64,000 nt of DNA from Nanobdellota archaeon (GCA_022565235.1 JADFJW010000001.1:1135-65134); one strand, 5' to 3'; positions 51,344-61,276 are shown, counted from the first letter of the stretch. The notes: generated from the sequence alone by a model not told the origin. Translations and numbers: made by a program.

Positions 51344-52756
51344 TTAATACCTATAGTTATCCGGCTTATACGGCCCTTTTAGGGGGATATCTATATATTC
51401 TGCTTGTTCTTTGCTAAGATTTGTCAGGCTGATGCCTAATTTCTCTAAATGCAGTCTTGCAACTTCTTCATCCAATATTTTAGGCAAAACATAGACTCCG
51501 ATATTATATTTATTCTTCCAAAGCTCCATTTGCGCCAAAACCTGATTAGTAAATGAATTGCTCATGACAAAAGAAGGGTGTCCGGTGGCGCAGCCCAAGT
51601 TAACCAAACGACCTTCTGCAAGCAGGAATATTTCGTGGCCATCAGGGAAAACATATTTATCAACTTGAGGCTTTATGTTAATTTTTTTAACATCAGAAGC
51701 TTCATCAAGTTCTGCTACTTGGATTTCGTTATCAAAATGGCCAATATTGCAGATAATTGCCTGGTCTTTCATACCTTTCATATGTTCATATCTGATAATA
51801 TCTTTATTTCCGGTTGCAGTAATGTAAATATTCGCTTCATCTAATGTTTCTTCAATGGTCTTGACTTCAAAACCCTCCATAGCCGCCTGTAGCGCGCAGA
51901 TAGGGTCTATTTCAGTTATTATTACCCTAGCGCCAAAACCTTTCATGGATTGCGCGCAGCCCTTACCAACATCACCATAACCGCACACAACAACAGTTTT
52001 TCCAGCTATCATTACATCTGTTGCACGTTTTATTCCATCCGCTAGACTTTCCCTAACCCCATAAAGATTGTCGAATTTTGATTTTGTCACAGAGTCATTT
52101 ACATTGATTGCAGGGAACAGTAATTTCTTATCTTTCATCATCTGATACAGCCTATGAACTCCAGTAGTTGTTTCTTCAGAAACTCCTTTGATTTCTTTTA
52201 CCATATTGTTCCATTGATTTTTGTCTTCTAAATAACATTCCTTAAGGCATGCCATCATTTCCCTAAAATCATCCCCTTCGTCTCCATAGTTTCTGTCTAG
52301 AATAGAGGGATCTTTTTCTACTTCCACGCCTTTGTGAATCATCAAAGTAGCATCTCCTCCATCATCAACTATCAGCTGAGGACCTTTACCTGCACTAAAG
52401 TCCAATGCTTTTTTAGCGTAGTTCCAGTAATCCTTTAAGGATTCTCCTTTCCACGCAAATACAGGGATTCCTGCTTTGGCAATTGCCGCGGCAGCATGAT
52501 CCTGAGTAGAGAAAATATTGCATGAAGCCCATCGTACGTTAGCTCCCAGTGAGGTCAAAGTTTCTATCAAAACAGCGGTTTGCACGGTCATGTGCAAACT
52601 TCCGGTTATCCTGACATCTTTAAGCGGTTTTTTCTTTCCATATTTTTCCCTTACCGCCATTAGTCCGGGCATCTCCTTTTCAGCTATCTCTATCTCTTTT
52701 CTTCCGAAATCTGCCAGTTTTATATCCTTGACTTCATAATTTTCTGTTTTGTCCAT
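51344..52756 (-). CDS. ahcY: S-adenosylhomocysteine hydrolase (long, insertion-containing type)
   Basis: [49 protein letters not shown]. Confidence 0.97.
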   Translation of the reverse strand: MDKTENYEVKDIKLADFGRKEIEIAEKEMPGLMAVREKYGKKKPLKDVRITGSLHMTVQTAVLIETLTSLGANVRWASCNIFSTQDHAAAAIAKAGIPVFAWKGESLKDYWNYAKKALDFSAGKGPQLIVDDGGDATLMIHKGVEVEKDPSILDRNYGDEGDDFREMMACLKECYLEDKNQWNNMVKEIKGVSEETTTGVHRLYQMMKDKKLLFPAINVNDSVTKSKFDNLYGVRESLADGIKRATDVMIAGKTVVVCGYGDVGKGCAQSMKGFGARVIITEIDPICALQAAMEGFEVKTIEETLDEANIYITATGNKDIIRYEHMKGMKDQAIICNIGHFDNEIQVAELDEASDVKKINIKPQVDKYVFPDGHEIFLLAEGRLVNLGCATGHPSFVMSNSFTNQVLAQMELWKNKYNIGVYVLPKILDEEVARLHLEKLGISLTNLSKEQAEYIDIPLKGPYKPDNYRY

Positions 52757-52810
52757 TTTAATCACTAATATGGTGTATTTATTGGATATTTATATACTTT
52801 TTTGTTAAAA

Positions 52811-52829
52811 TAGTGGAAAATTTCTACTA
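52811..52829. promoter_or_regulatory. Imperfect palindrome, candidate Lrp-family operator
   Basis: TAGTGGAAAATTTCTACTA between divergent ahcY and Lrp promoters. Confidence 0.35.
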
Positions 52830-52902
52830 ATTTATCATTTTTATGCATAATAATAGTAATATTTATATATTATATGGATAATTTCTTAAAATCGGATGCT
52901 TA

Positions 52903-53334
52903 ATGGAACTTGACAATAAAGACAATAAGATTATTGGAATACTAAAAGAAGATTCGAGAGAACCCCTCAAGATAATAGCGAAAAAAACTGGTATAAGGCC
53001 AAGCACCGTTCATCAAAGGATTCAAAAACTGATAAAATGTAGGGTAATTGAGAAATTCACTATAAAACTTAATAATAAGGCCATTGGCGAGAACTTCATT
53101 GCATTCTTATTGATTAAAGGGACAACATCAGATTATATCAACAATAAATTCCTAAATACAAAAAACGTCAAAGAGGTTTTTGGAGTTACAGGGGAATATG
53201 ATGTTATGGTTAAGTTAAAATTCAAGGATGTTGAAGAATTTAATGATTTTATTATAAGTTTCAGGAAAGAGATGAAAGGTGTGGGAGCAACTTTGACAAT
53301 GGTTGTAACTGCAAATATAAAAGAGGAATTCTGA
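52903..53334 (+). CDS. Lrp/AsnC family transcriptional regulator
   Basis: LDNKDNKII..IAKKTGIRPSTVHQRI, VTGEYD. Confidence 0.92.
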   Translation: MELDNKDNKIIGILKEDSREPLKIIAKKTGIRPSTVHQRIQKLIKCRVIEKFTIKLNNKAIGENFIAFLLIKGTTSDYINNKFLNTKNVKEVFGVTGEYDVMVKLKFKDVEEFNDFIISFRKEMKGVGATLTMVVTANIKEEF

Positions 53335-53335
53335 T

Positions 53336-54235
53336 TTAAAACTTCCCCATATCCCTAAATTCTTTATACCTTCCTTCTATGTCTTTGCTATTGATATTGC
53401 GCAGTCTTTCTATAGAAAAATCTTCCGCATTAAAGGATGCCAATACGCTGCCATATACGACTGCTTTTCTTAAATTTGTCTCGCTTAAATCTTTAGTCTT
53501 GGATAAGTAGCCTATTAAGGCACCGCCAAAGCTATCTCCACAACCTGTCGGATCTTTTATGTTTTCTAAAGGGTATCCCGGAGCATTAAAGTATTTGCTG
53601 CCCGTAAATAATAATGCGCCATGCTCACCTTTTTTTATAATGACGGCGCGGGTGTGCAGCTTTAATGCCGCATTCGCCGCTTTCACCAGGTTCGGTGTAT
53701 CAAATAACTGCCTAGCTTCACTATCATTAAGAACGAGTATGTCTGCTTTGCCTATTGTTTTAAGCAGCTGTTCGCGCTTATGCTCAATCCAGAAATTCAT
53801 TGTGTCCATAACAACCAGCTCCGGCTTTTTTATGGAATTTAATACTTCTAGTTGCAGTTCTGGGTCTATGTTTGCAAGAAAAACGTATTTTGCGCCCTTA
53901 TAATCATCCGGAACCTGTACATTATATGACTCCAAGGCATTTAGCTCTGTTTTAATGGTTTTCGCTTCATTCATGTCAAATTCATAAAATCCTTTCCACC
54001 TGAATGTTTTATTGCCGGTTACTATGCCAGAAGTATTTATGCCCCTTTGATTAAGGAATTCTATATGCTTCTTAGGAAAATCTTTTCCAATAATTGACAA
54101 AATGCCCGGATTTGAGAAAAAAGAAGCAGCTATAGAAGCGTAACTGGCAGATCCTCCAAGTACATCATCAACTTTTCCAAAAGGTGTTTCCAATGAGTCT
54201 AAAGCGACTGTACCTATGATTATAGGGTCTATCAT
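53336..54235 (-). CDS. PfkB-family kinase (likely adenosine/nucleoside kinase)
   Basis: GTVALD, LGGSASY, KKGEHG, DPTGCGDSFGG. Confidence 0.85.
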   Translation of the reverse strand: MIDPIIIGTVALDSLETPFGKVDDVLGGSASYASIAASFFSNPGILSIIGKDFPKKHIEFLNQRGINTSGIVTGNKTFRWKGFYEFDMNEAKTIKTELNALESYNVQVPDDYKGAKYVFLANIDPELQLEVLNSIKKPELVVMDTMNFWIEHKREQLLKTIGKADILVLNDSEARQLFDTPNLVKAANAALKLHTRAVIIKKGEHGALLFTGSKYFNAPGYPLENIKDPTGCGDSFGGALIGYLSKTKDLSETNLRKAVVYGSVLASFNAEDFSIERLRNINSKDIEGRYKEFRDMGKF

Positions 54236-54344
54236 AATGGACAATGAAAATAAGGGTATGTTTAAAAATTTTTATAATTTTAGTATGACTAAACAAAAGA
54301 TTTAATAATATATATAGAACTAATTATGTAAAAAGAGGTTAGTA

Positions 54345-55112
54345 ATGGCAAATACGAATTTCAGAAGTTTCATATTTGGGGTTTTTCTTCTTGCTGCCAT
54401 TATTTTGGCAGGAACTTATGCTTTTAGTGTAATAGAGGGCGTGGATTTATTTAATTCATTATATCATGTTGTTTTAATAGTAACGACTGTGGGTACACAA
54501 TTTGAGGTTGCAACTTTTTACGGTAAAATATTGGTCATGGTATTATTGGCTTTTGGGATCGGCCTTGTGCTTTATATTGCTATATTCCTAGGCGGCGTCA
54601 TTATAGAAGGCCAAACTAGATTATTATTAGGAGGAATAAAAGGAGGCTTGGTTAGAATGAGAAAGGAAAGAAATCATACTATTGTATGCGGTTATGGAAA
54701 ATTGGGAAAATATGTTTGTAACACATTAAAAGAAAAAAAGCAGAAATATTTAATTATTGAAAAAAATGTAGATAAGTGCACCGGACTTATATCTAGTGGG
54801 GAAAACGTGCTGCAGGGTGATGCCTTGGATCCGGAAGTGCTCAAAAAAGCAGGTATTAAGAAAGCAAAAGGCCTGATTGCTACGTTAGGGGAAGATGCTG
54901 ATAATATGTACCTTATTATGACTGCTTCTGACCTTAATCCTGAACTTTATTTAGCGGCAAAAGCTGAGGACGAGCATGCTGTTGACAGGCTGCATAAAGT
55001 AGGCGCTAAAATAGTTGTTCTGCCGCAAGTTGTCGGAGGAAAACAGCTTGCAGATGCATTTTTGGATATAGAAAAAACAGAGGAGTTGGAAACTGTTAGT
55101 AAAGAGAAATAA
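54345..55112 (+). CDS. Two-TM ion channel with TrkA-N/RCK domain
   Basis: Pore helix then TTVGTQ; HTIVCGYGKLG, GDA..LKKAGI. Confidence 0.85.
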   Translation: MANTNFRSFIFGVFLLAAIILAGTYAFSVIEGVDLFNSLYHVVLIVTTVGTQFEVATFYGKILVMVLLAFGIGLVLYIAIFLGGVIIEGQTRLLLGGIKGGLVRMRKERNHTIVCGYGKLGKYVCNTLKEKKQKYLIIEKNVDKCTGLISSGENVLQGDALDPEVLKKAGIKKAKGLIATLGEDADNMYLIMTASDLNPELYLAAKAEDEHAVDRLHKVGAKIVVLPQVVGGKQLADAFLDIEKTEELETVSKEK

Positions 55113-55145
55113 ACATTTATATATGACTAGCTTTTTTCTTAAAAT

Positions 55146-56144
55146 ATGGATTATAAAGCAGTTAATAGTTTCATAAAAAGAAATTTTAAGCATTTTAATT
55201 CAGCTGTGATTGTGGATGCTTCTAAAGCATATGTTAATTTTCTTGATTCTGGCGGTAAGATGTTTATGGTTCTGGCTGGAGCCATGTCGACTGCAGAACT
55301 TGGGATAAGTTTAGCGGAGATGATCAGGCAAGGAAAGGTTCATGCAATATGCTGCACTGGAGCAAATTTAGAAGAGGATTTATTCAATCTTGTAGCAAAT
55401 AAACATTACAAGCGCATTCCAAACTATCGTGAGTTAAGACCGGAAGATGAAAAGAAATTGTTTGATGAGCATATGAACAGAGTTACAGATACGTGCATAC
55501 CTGAAGAAGAAGCCATGCGCAGGATAGAGAAACAAATTTTCAAGCTTTGGAAGAAAGCTGATGAAAATAATGAAAGATATTTCCCGTATGAGTACATGTA
55601 TCAGATCATTAAAAGTGGTTCATTAAAAGAATTTTATCAGATAGACACTAAAGATTCCTGGCTGGTAGCTGCTTGTGAAAAAAACTTGCCTATCTGGACT
55701 CCAGGATGGGAAGATTCTACATTAGGAAATATTTTTGTGGCTTTAACAAAAGAAGGTGGAAGGAATTATTATGGAGAACAGATTAAGAATATACAAACGG
55801 TCAAATCCGGATTAGAGCAGATGTCCTTTTTGATTGATTGGTATAAAGAAAATTCCAAAGATTCTTCAATAGGATTTTTTCAGATTGGCGGGGGCATTGC
55901 AGGAGATTTTCCGATTTGTGTTGTTCCACTTATTCAACAGGATCTTAATGAGGAATGCAGATTGTGGGGATACTTCTGCCAGATAAGTGACAGCACGACT
56001 TCTTATGGCAGCTACAGCGGCGCTGTACCGAATGAGAAGATTACTTGGGGCAAGTTAGCTGTGGATACTCCTAAGTTTGTCATAGAATCCGATGCTACTA
56101 TCGTCGCTCCGCTGATATTTGCCTATATTCTTGGTGAACAATGA
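55146..56144 (+). CDS. Deoxyhypusine synthase-like protein, bacterial subfamily
   Basis: LAGAMSTAELG, TGANLEED, GGGIAGDF, YSGAVPNEKITWGK. Confidence 0.85.
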   Translation: MDYKAVNSFIKRNFKHFNSAVIVDASKAYVNFLDSGGKMFMVLAGAMSTAELGISLAEMIRQGKVHAICCTGANLEEDLFNLVANKHYKRIPNYRELRPEDEKKLFDEHMNRVTDTCIPEEEAMRRIEKQIFKLWKKADENNERYFPYEYMYQIIKSGSLKEFYQIDTKDSWLVAACEKNLPIWTPGWEDSTLGNIFVALTKEGGRNYYGEQIKNIQTVKSGLEQMSFLIDWYKENSKDSSIGFFQIGGGIAGDFPICVVPLIQQDLNEECRLWGYFCQISDSTTSYGSYSGAVPNEKITWGKLAVDTPKFVIESDATIVAPLIFAYILGEQ

Positions 56145-56211
56145 AAATCCCAAATTTTATAAGAAATTGTTGAGATTTTCAAGGTTTCAAACAAGTTTGA
56201 AACAAATAAAA

Positions 56212-56416
56212 CGCCGACGCCCGGACTTTCACCAACCTTTCCGATAAGAAAGCCTGATTTTGGTCAAGCTTTTGCGGTGACCCGCGACGAGCGAAGCGAG
56301 TTCGCTCGCAATTCACGGAAAAGATTGTTTTGAACCGGGATACCCTTGCGGGAATCAGCTGTCTTTCAATGTAATTAGCTCAAGGCTGACGCAATGCCAG
56401 GTTATGCGACGTCGGC
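56212..56416 (-). tRNA. tRNA-Ser(UGA) with introns at 37/38 (56361-56378) and 59/60 (56226-56328)
   Basis: GCCGACG/CGTCGGC acceptor, G73, TCAGC/GCTGA arm, CCC-GCAA-GGG variable arm; TTCA/TGAA BHB helix at T-loop. Confidence 0.88.
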
Positions 56417-56476
56417 AGTTGTTGTAGAATTATAGAAGTTTGTATTTTATTTAAAGTTAACTGATATGAGTAGTAT

Positions 56477-58390
56477 TTATTTTTTCCTGAAAATCTTTCC
56501 AAAGAATCCTTTAGTCTGTTTTTCATTTTCTGGGGGGATTCCAATACCTCTTATTTGTTTTTCCAGCTCCCTATATTCTATATCTTCACTTAGACCGTAA
56601 TCAGTTTTCGTGCTTTTATTATCTTTTTTCCTGAAAATACCGGATAAAGATTCTTTTATCATCTGCATTTTTTCTCCACGGATATTGCTTCTCAATTCAT
56701 TTCCAGTGGCATTTTTTACTTTCTCCGGTTTCTTGGACTTTTTTCTTTTAAATATAACCAGAATAATCAAAATAAAAATTGAGGCTGCTATGTAAGCGAT
56801 TATTGTAAATGCTTTGATTGGAGATTCTTTCTCATCTTCCAATGTTGTTACAAGTATCTCTTCCTCACTAGTTTCTCTTTTCTCTGATTCATCAACTATT
56901 TCTCTGGTTTCTTCTGTTCCTAACAGGACTTCCTCAGATTCCTCTTGCTTCTCTTCTTCAATTTCCTGCTCTTCCCCTATCAGGGTTTCTTCATCAATAA
57001 CTTCTTCAACCTTTGTTTCTTCTACTTTAGGAATTTCTATTATTATGTTGTCCCTTGCAATAAAGATCTGATTGCTTGCTGATTCATAAGTTGCAGTTAT
57101 ATTAAAATAATAAATTTCGTCCAATGGTGGCGTGATAATTGAAGAATCAAAAATCGTAATGGTTTCAAGCGATCTTATCTGCCCGTATGCTTTTGAATAG
57201 TCCTGGACACCGGGAATATTTGTATGATAATCTATTTTAACATTCAAAAAATCATTATCAGAACTCGGGTTCTTCATATATGCATTAAGCCTTACCCTCT
57301 GGTCTGGCACTGTAATTTGCTGTAAAAAAACATGCTGGATAGAAGGGCAATCGCAATAGATTTCTATATCGGATTCTTTTTTTGCAGATCTTGAGAATGT
57401 GGTTATTTTATAGCTTGCTTCTGTCACTACAGTATAGCTTGCAGCCCTATTTCCCTGAAGTTCCAATAAAAATTCTTTATTTGCATTCGGTGCCAGGGTG
57501 CCACCCCAGCTAATCATTTGATTATTTTGAGTTACTTCTTTAGGTTTTTTAATAATCAAAAGTTTTTCAGGTATTTTTATTTTAAAATTTGTTATTCTTA
57601 AATCATATTGGTCATTTATATTCTCAATATCAATTATAAGGTCAAATTTTTCATAAATATCTAATTTGCTCTTATTCAGCTTATAGCTTATTTCCAATGA
57701 ATAATTGTATACTTTGCCACTGATTATATTTGAAGTTGCATTTATCTTCTCTATCCCATCAAAATAGGAAACATCTGCAGTTAGGTCAAAATCGTTTCCA
57801 GCCAATCCCCTTATTTTGTAAGTGCATTTCCTAATTTGAGCTGAATGCACATCACCCCGGAATATAATGCTACCAGAGGTTTTTTTACATCCTTCTGTAT
57901 CTGTAACTAAAACAGAAGATGGAATTTTAATTGATGCCACAACATCCTCCGCAGTAATACCTGCAGTATTTTCAATGATCAGTTCTGCAGTTGTCTCCTC
58001 ATCTATCAGAATATTATTTTTTCCAATTGTGTTGGTTATATCTAATTTCGCTTTAATCTGGTATATATTTACAAACGTCTTATACACATCTGTATAGTCC
58101 TCAAGATTCCTATAAGAAAATGAAATATTAGATATGCATATATTAAAATTTCCTGCTATCTTACATTCTCCTCCGGATATTATTACAGCGACATCATCAA
58201 TAATGTCTGCAATAACTTTGTTGCTTACAGAATCTATTCTGAATTTGAAGGCTTTTCCGGATACCTCTATAAGATCTTTATCCTCGACGGTTCCCGAATA
58301 AACATTCTCCCCATAGATTGAGTAAACGCCAGGCATTAAGATAAGTAAAAGGATTATAGAAAATGCAGAAAAGATACCTCTTTTTTTCAT
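56477..58390 (-). CDS. Surface protein with repeated Ig-like domains, acidic linker and TM anchor
   Basis: Signal peptide, beta-rich repeats, E-rich stretch, TM plus basic cytoplasmic tail. Confidence 0.65.
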   Translation of the reverse strand: MKKRGIFSAFSIILLLILMPGVYSIYGENVYSGTVEDKDLIEVSGKAFKFRIDSVSNKVIADIIDDVAVIISGGECKIAGNFNICISNISFSYRNLEDYTDVYKTFVNIYQIKAKLDITNTIGKNNILIDEETTAELIIENTAGITAEDVVASIKIPSSVLVTDTEGCKKTSGSIIFRGDVHSAQIRKCTYKIRGLAGNDFDLTADVSYFDGIEKINATSNIISGKVYNYSLEISYKLNKSKLDIYEKFDLIIDIENINDQYDLRITNFKIKIPEKLLIIKKPKEVTQNNQMISWGGTLAPNANKEFLLELQGNRAASYTVVTEASYKITTFSRSAKKESDIEIYCDCPSIQHVFLQQITVPDQRVRLNAYMKNPSSDNDFLNVKIDYHTNIPGVQDYSKAYGQIRSLETITIFDSSIITPPLDEIYYFNITATYESASNQIFIARDNIIIEIPKVEETKVEEVIDEETLIGEEQEIEEEKQEESEEVLLGTEETREIVDESEKRETSEEEILVTTLEDEKESPIKAFTIIAYIAASIFILIILVIFKRKKSKKPEKVKNATGNELRSNIRGEKMQMIKESLSGIFRKKDNKSTKTDYGLSEDIEYRELEKQIRGIGIPPENEKQTKGFFGKIFRKK

Positions 58391-58391
58391 C

Positions 58392-59453
58392 TTAACTTTT
58401 TTCTTCTTCATATATCCCGATGAAAGTCACAAGCATCGCAAGCACTATTGGGCCTATTATTACCCCTATAAAGCCAAGAAGGTTTAGTCCGCCTACAACC
58501 CCAAGTAAGACAAGAACAGGATGTAATCCACCTTTATCTCCTATTATTTTTGGTTTCAATATGTTATCTATTGTTCCTATAATAAATACCCCATAAAGTA
58601 TAAACAGTATCCCTTTTACCATCAGGGTAGAGTCTGAATTAACATAGCCGCTAAATATCAGAATTAAAGAGGCCGGAAGCCAGATAAGAGAAGAGCCTAC
58701 GTATGGAATCAAAGATGCAAACATCATGACTATGCCCCATAATATAGGAGAAGGCAGCCCAAACATAAGAAATCCGATACCTCCTAAAGCTCCCTGGATT
58801 ATTGCAATTATTATGCTTCCATAAATCACTGCATAAGCCATATCATTTAATTTTTTGAAAACATGTTTCCTGTATTTGCTTTTTAATGGCATAATGCGCT
58901 CAATCTTGTCGATAAAAATTTTTCCATCCCTGAAAAGGAAAAACATGACAAACAAAACAATAAACATGTCGAGCATAAATAGTGGAACTGAAAACAGCAA
59001 ATTTGAAATGCTGCCGGTTATTTTTGTGGTAATGCTTTTAATGGTCGTGTCAAAATAATATTTTGTCTGAGGATCATTTATTCTATCAGAAAAAAAATTT
59101 GATATCTTACATACAGTTTTATCTGCCGGTGTGCATTCTTCCAGGAATTGCCCACTAGCAAGTTTCTGCCTTGATAGTAAATAAGTCGTATAAGCCTCCT
59201 TGGATATGGTATTAAGTACGAAAAATAAAGGCATGGTTATTATTAAAATAACTAAGATGGAAGTAATTAAGGAGGAAATGTTCTTATTCCTGATTTTTTT
59301 ATAGATTCTTGAGTATATAGGGTAGAATATATAAGAAAAAATTATCCCGGTAAGCACAGCAGTAAGAAACGGTTTTATAATCAGGAAGGATATGAAGATT
59401 AAAACTAAAAAAATTAATGTAAAAACAATTTTCTGGTATAATTCTGATTTCAT
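58392..59453 (-). CDS. AI-2E family transporter
   Basis: PFLTAVL, IPYVGS..W.P, IDNILKP, LHPVLVLLGVVGG. Confidence 0.9.
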   Translation of the reverse strand: MKSELYQKIVFTLIFLVLIFISFLIIKPFLTAVLTGIIFSYIFYPIYSRIYKKIRNKNISSLITSILVILIITMPLFFVLNTISKEAYTTYLLSRQKLASGQFLEECTPADKTVCKISNFFSDRINDPQTKYYFDTTIKSITTKITGSISNLLFSVPLFMLDMFIVLFVMFFLFRDGKIFIDKIERIMPLKSKYRKHVFKKLNDMAYAVIYGSIIIAIIQGALGGIGFLMFGLPSPILWGIVMMFASLIPYVGSSLIWLPASLILIFSGYVNSDSTLMVKGILFILYGVFIIGTIDNILKPKIIGDKGGLHPVLVLLGVVGGLNLLGFIGVIIGPIVLAMLVTFIGIYEEEKS

Positions 59454-59471
59454 TTTAACTAATATATTTAA

Positions 59472-59613
59472 TGGGCCCGAAGGGACTCCCAAATCATGAG
59501 CCTTGCAAGGCTCCTAGATATTCGAACCCTTGATCTCCGCCATTTCAATATTTAATAATAAATATTATTTATTTAATGTCGAGGCGACGTCATAGCCACT
59601 AGACCACGGGCCC
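59472..59613 (-). tRNA. tRNA-Val(GAC) with introns at 37/38 (59543-59576) and 59/60 (59486-59520); C33
   Basis: GGGCCCG/CGGGCCC acceptor, TCGCC/GGCGG arm, TCGA/TTGA BHB helix, AAGGG-TTCGAA..T-CCCTT. Confidence 0.88.
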
Positions 59614-59653
59614 ATAAATACTGATAAGAATATTGGATATAAAAACATTGCTA

Positions 59654-60133
59654 TTACCCCACAAATACAGACTGGCCCAGGGGGCTGAAGAAGAATAAAA
59701 AGAAAGCTGTTACCAGGCCAAAAACAACCAATATTATTTCCTGCATTATTTGATGGAACCTTGTAAAGTCCCTCGTTGCATCCACAATATCTGTTTCGGT
59801 TATAATGCCGATTAACTTATCATTCTCAACAACAGGAAATCTTTTTATTTTTTCTTCCCTTAATTTTTTAATTATATAAGAATAGCTTGTATTTGTATTT
59901 ACTATTAAAAATTCTTTGCTCATAACATCTTTTATCTTGACCTTGTTTGGACTTTTGTTCAATGCCCCTTTAATTAAGCTGTTTTCTGTAACAATTGCTA
60001 TCGGCTTATTATTTTTTGTGACTAATAAGCTTTTAACATGCTTATTCACCATTAATTTTGCTGCTTCGGTTATAGTAGCACTTTCATTTATTGTTATTAC
60101 ATTTTCCGTCATTATTGTTTTTGCCTTTATCAT
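59654..60133 (-). CDS. CBS-pair protein with C-terminal TM helix
   Basis: Two CBS repeats (GIITETDI), then RFHQIMQ plus hydrophobic helix. Confidence 0.85.
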   Translation of the reverse strand: MIKAKTIMTENVITINESATITEAAKLMVNKHVKSLLVTKNNKPIAIVTENSLIKGALNKSPNKVKIKDVMSKEFLIVNTNTSYSYIIKKLREEKIKRFPVVENDKLIGIITETDIVDATRDFTRFHQIMQEIILVVFGLVTAFFLFFFSPLGQSVFVG

Positions 60134-60135
60134 CG

Positions 60136-60621
60136 TTATAAAAGATTAAGGAAGTTAAATACATGCTCATTAAAAACAAAAATTAAAAATTCGAATATTA
60201 CAAAAAGGATGAGTACGGCATTTTGGATATTTCTATGAAATCTTATATTATCATTTAATGCCTGTACTACGGCATTCTCCGTCACCAAACCGACAATATT
60301 ACCATTCTCAATAACAGGATACCTTTTAAAATGTTTTGTATCGATTATTTTATTGGCTTTTTCTAATGTGGTGTTAGGATCCATACTAGTAATTGGAGAG
60401 CTCATTATTTTGCTTACTTTCTCTTTTGAACTTATTTGTTTAGAAATTAAACTTTTTACAATATCCGATTCTGTAATTATTCCTAATGACTTTTTATCTT
60501 CAACTATTACCACACAACCGTGAGGCTTATTGGCCATAAGTCTAGCTGCATCAGAAATACTTGCCTCTTTTTTTAATGTTAGAACGCTGCTGTCCATTAT
60601 TTTACTAATTCTTGCCATCAA
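60136..60621 (-). CDS. CBS-pair protein with C-terminal TM helix
   Basis: GIITESDI, GLVTE, then RFHRNIQ plus hydrophobic helix. Confidence 0.85.
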   Translation of the reverse strand: MMARISKIMDSSVLTLKKEASISDAARLMANKPHGCVVIVEDKKSLGIITESDIVKSLISKQISSKEKVSKIMSSPITSMDPNTTLEKANKIIDTKHFKRYPVIENGNIVGLVTENAVVQALNDNIRFHRNIQNAVLILFVIFEFLIFVFNEHVFNFLNLL

Positions 60622-60670
60622 TAGAATTATGGTGATTATTGTTTAAAAAGTTTTCTATAAGGATATTAAA

Positions 60671-60753
60671 AGCCTCTGACGGAAGTTGCATCCGCGACCT
60701 CCACCTTTTTGCTAGCTACCAAGGTGGCGCAATAGCTACTATGCTACAGAGGC
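60671..60753 (-). tRNA. tRNA-Thr(GGU) with 10-nt intron at 37/38 (60707-60716) and atypical D/T loops
   Basis: GCCTCTG/CAGAGGC acceptor, U73, CCACC-TTGGTA..A-GGTGG, T-loop TGCAACT. Confidence 0.8.
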
Positions 60754-60819
60754 ACTTGCATTTCAATGAATTAAACCCAATATTTAAAAATTGCTAATAT
60801 TTACAAAAATAAGAATAGA

Positions 60820-61272
60820 ATGGCAAAGAAAAAGATATACAAACCTAAGAATGATGATGAATTTCTTGGACAGGTAGCAAAGATTATCTTTGTTGCTGGA
60901 TTCAGATATTCAATTGTGGAAGAAAGGTGGCCATCGATAAAGAAAGCATTCTATAAATTCGATATAAACAAATTGTCAAAATTAAATGAAAAACAAATTA
61001 ATAATATATTGAAAGCTAAAGGGATGATAAAGAATGTTGGTAAAATTGAAGCGATTATCGAGAATGCCAAGAAATGTAAAAAATTGGAAGAGGAACATGG
61101 TTCTGTTCTGAAATGGATTGAAAAGCTAAAAAAGGATTATAAGAAAAATCCGCTGTTTAACCCTTCTTTAGAGGATAGTTTTCTAAGATTTGATAGAATT
61201 GGTAAAATGACTTCTGGATGGCTTGCTAGTCTGCATAATGCTAAAGGCAAGTGCTTAATTTATGAAATGTAA
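60820..61272 (+). CDS. DNA-3-methyladenine glycosylase I (Tag)-like protein
   Basis: IFVAGFRYSIVEERWPSIKKAFYKFD, MIKNVGKIEAIIENAK. Confidence 0.75.
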   Translation: MAKKKIYKPKNDDEFLGQVAKIIFVAGFRYSIVEERWPSIKKAFYKFDINKLSKLNEKQINNILKAKGMIKNVGKIEAIIENAKKCKKLEEEHGSVLKWIEKLKKDYKKNPLFNPSLEDSFLRFDRIGKMTSGWLASLHNAKGKCLIYEM

Positions 61273-61276
61273 AAAA

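Noticed and set aside
59454..59492. N-terminal extension of the AI-2E transporter in the ORF track
   Set aside because: Overlaps tRNA-Val; the ATG at 59453 is the plausible start
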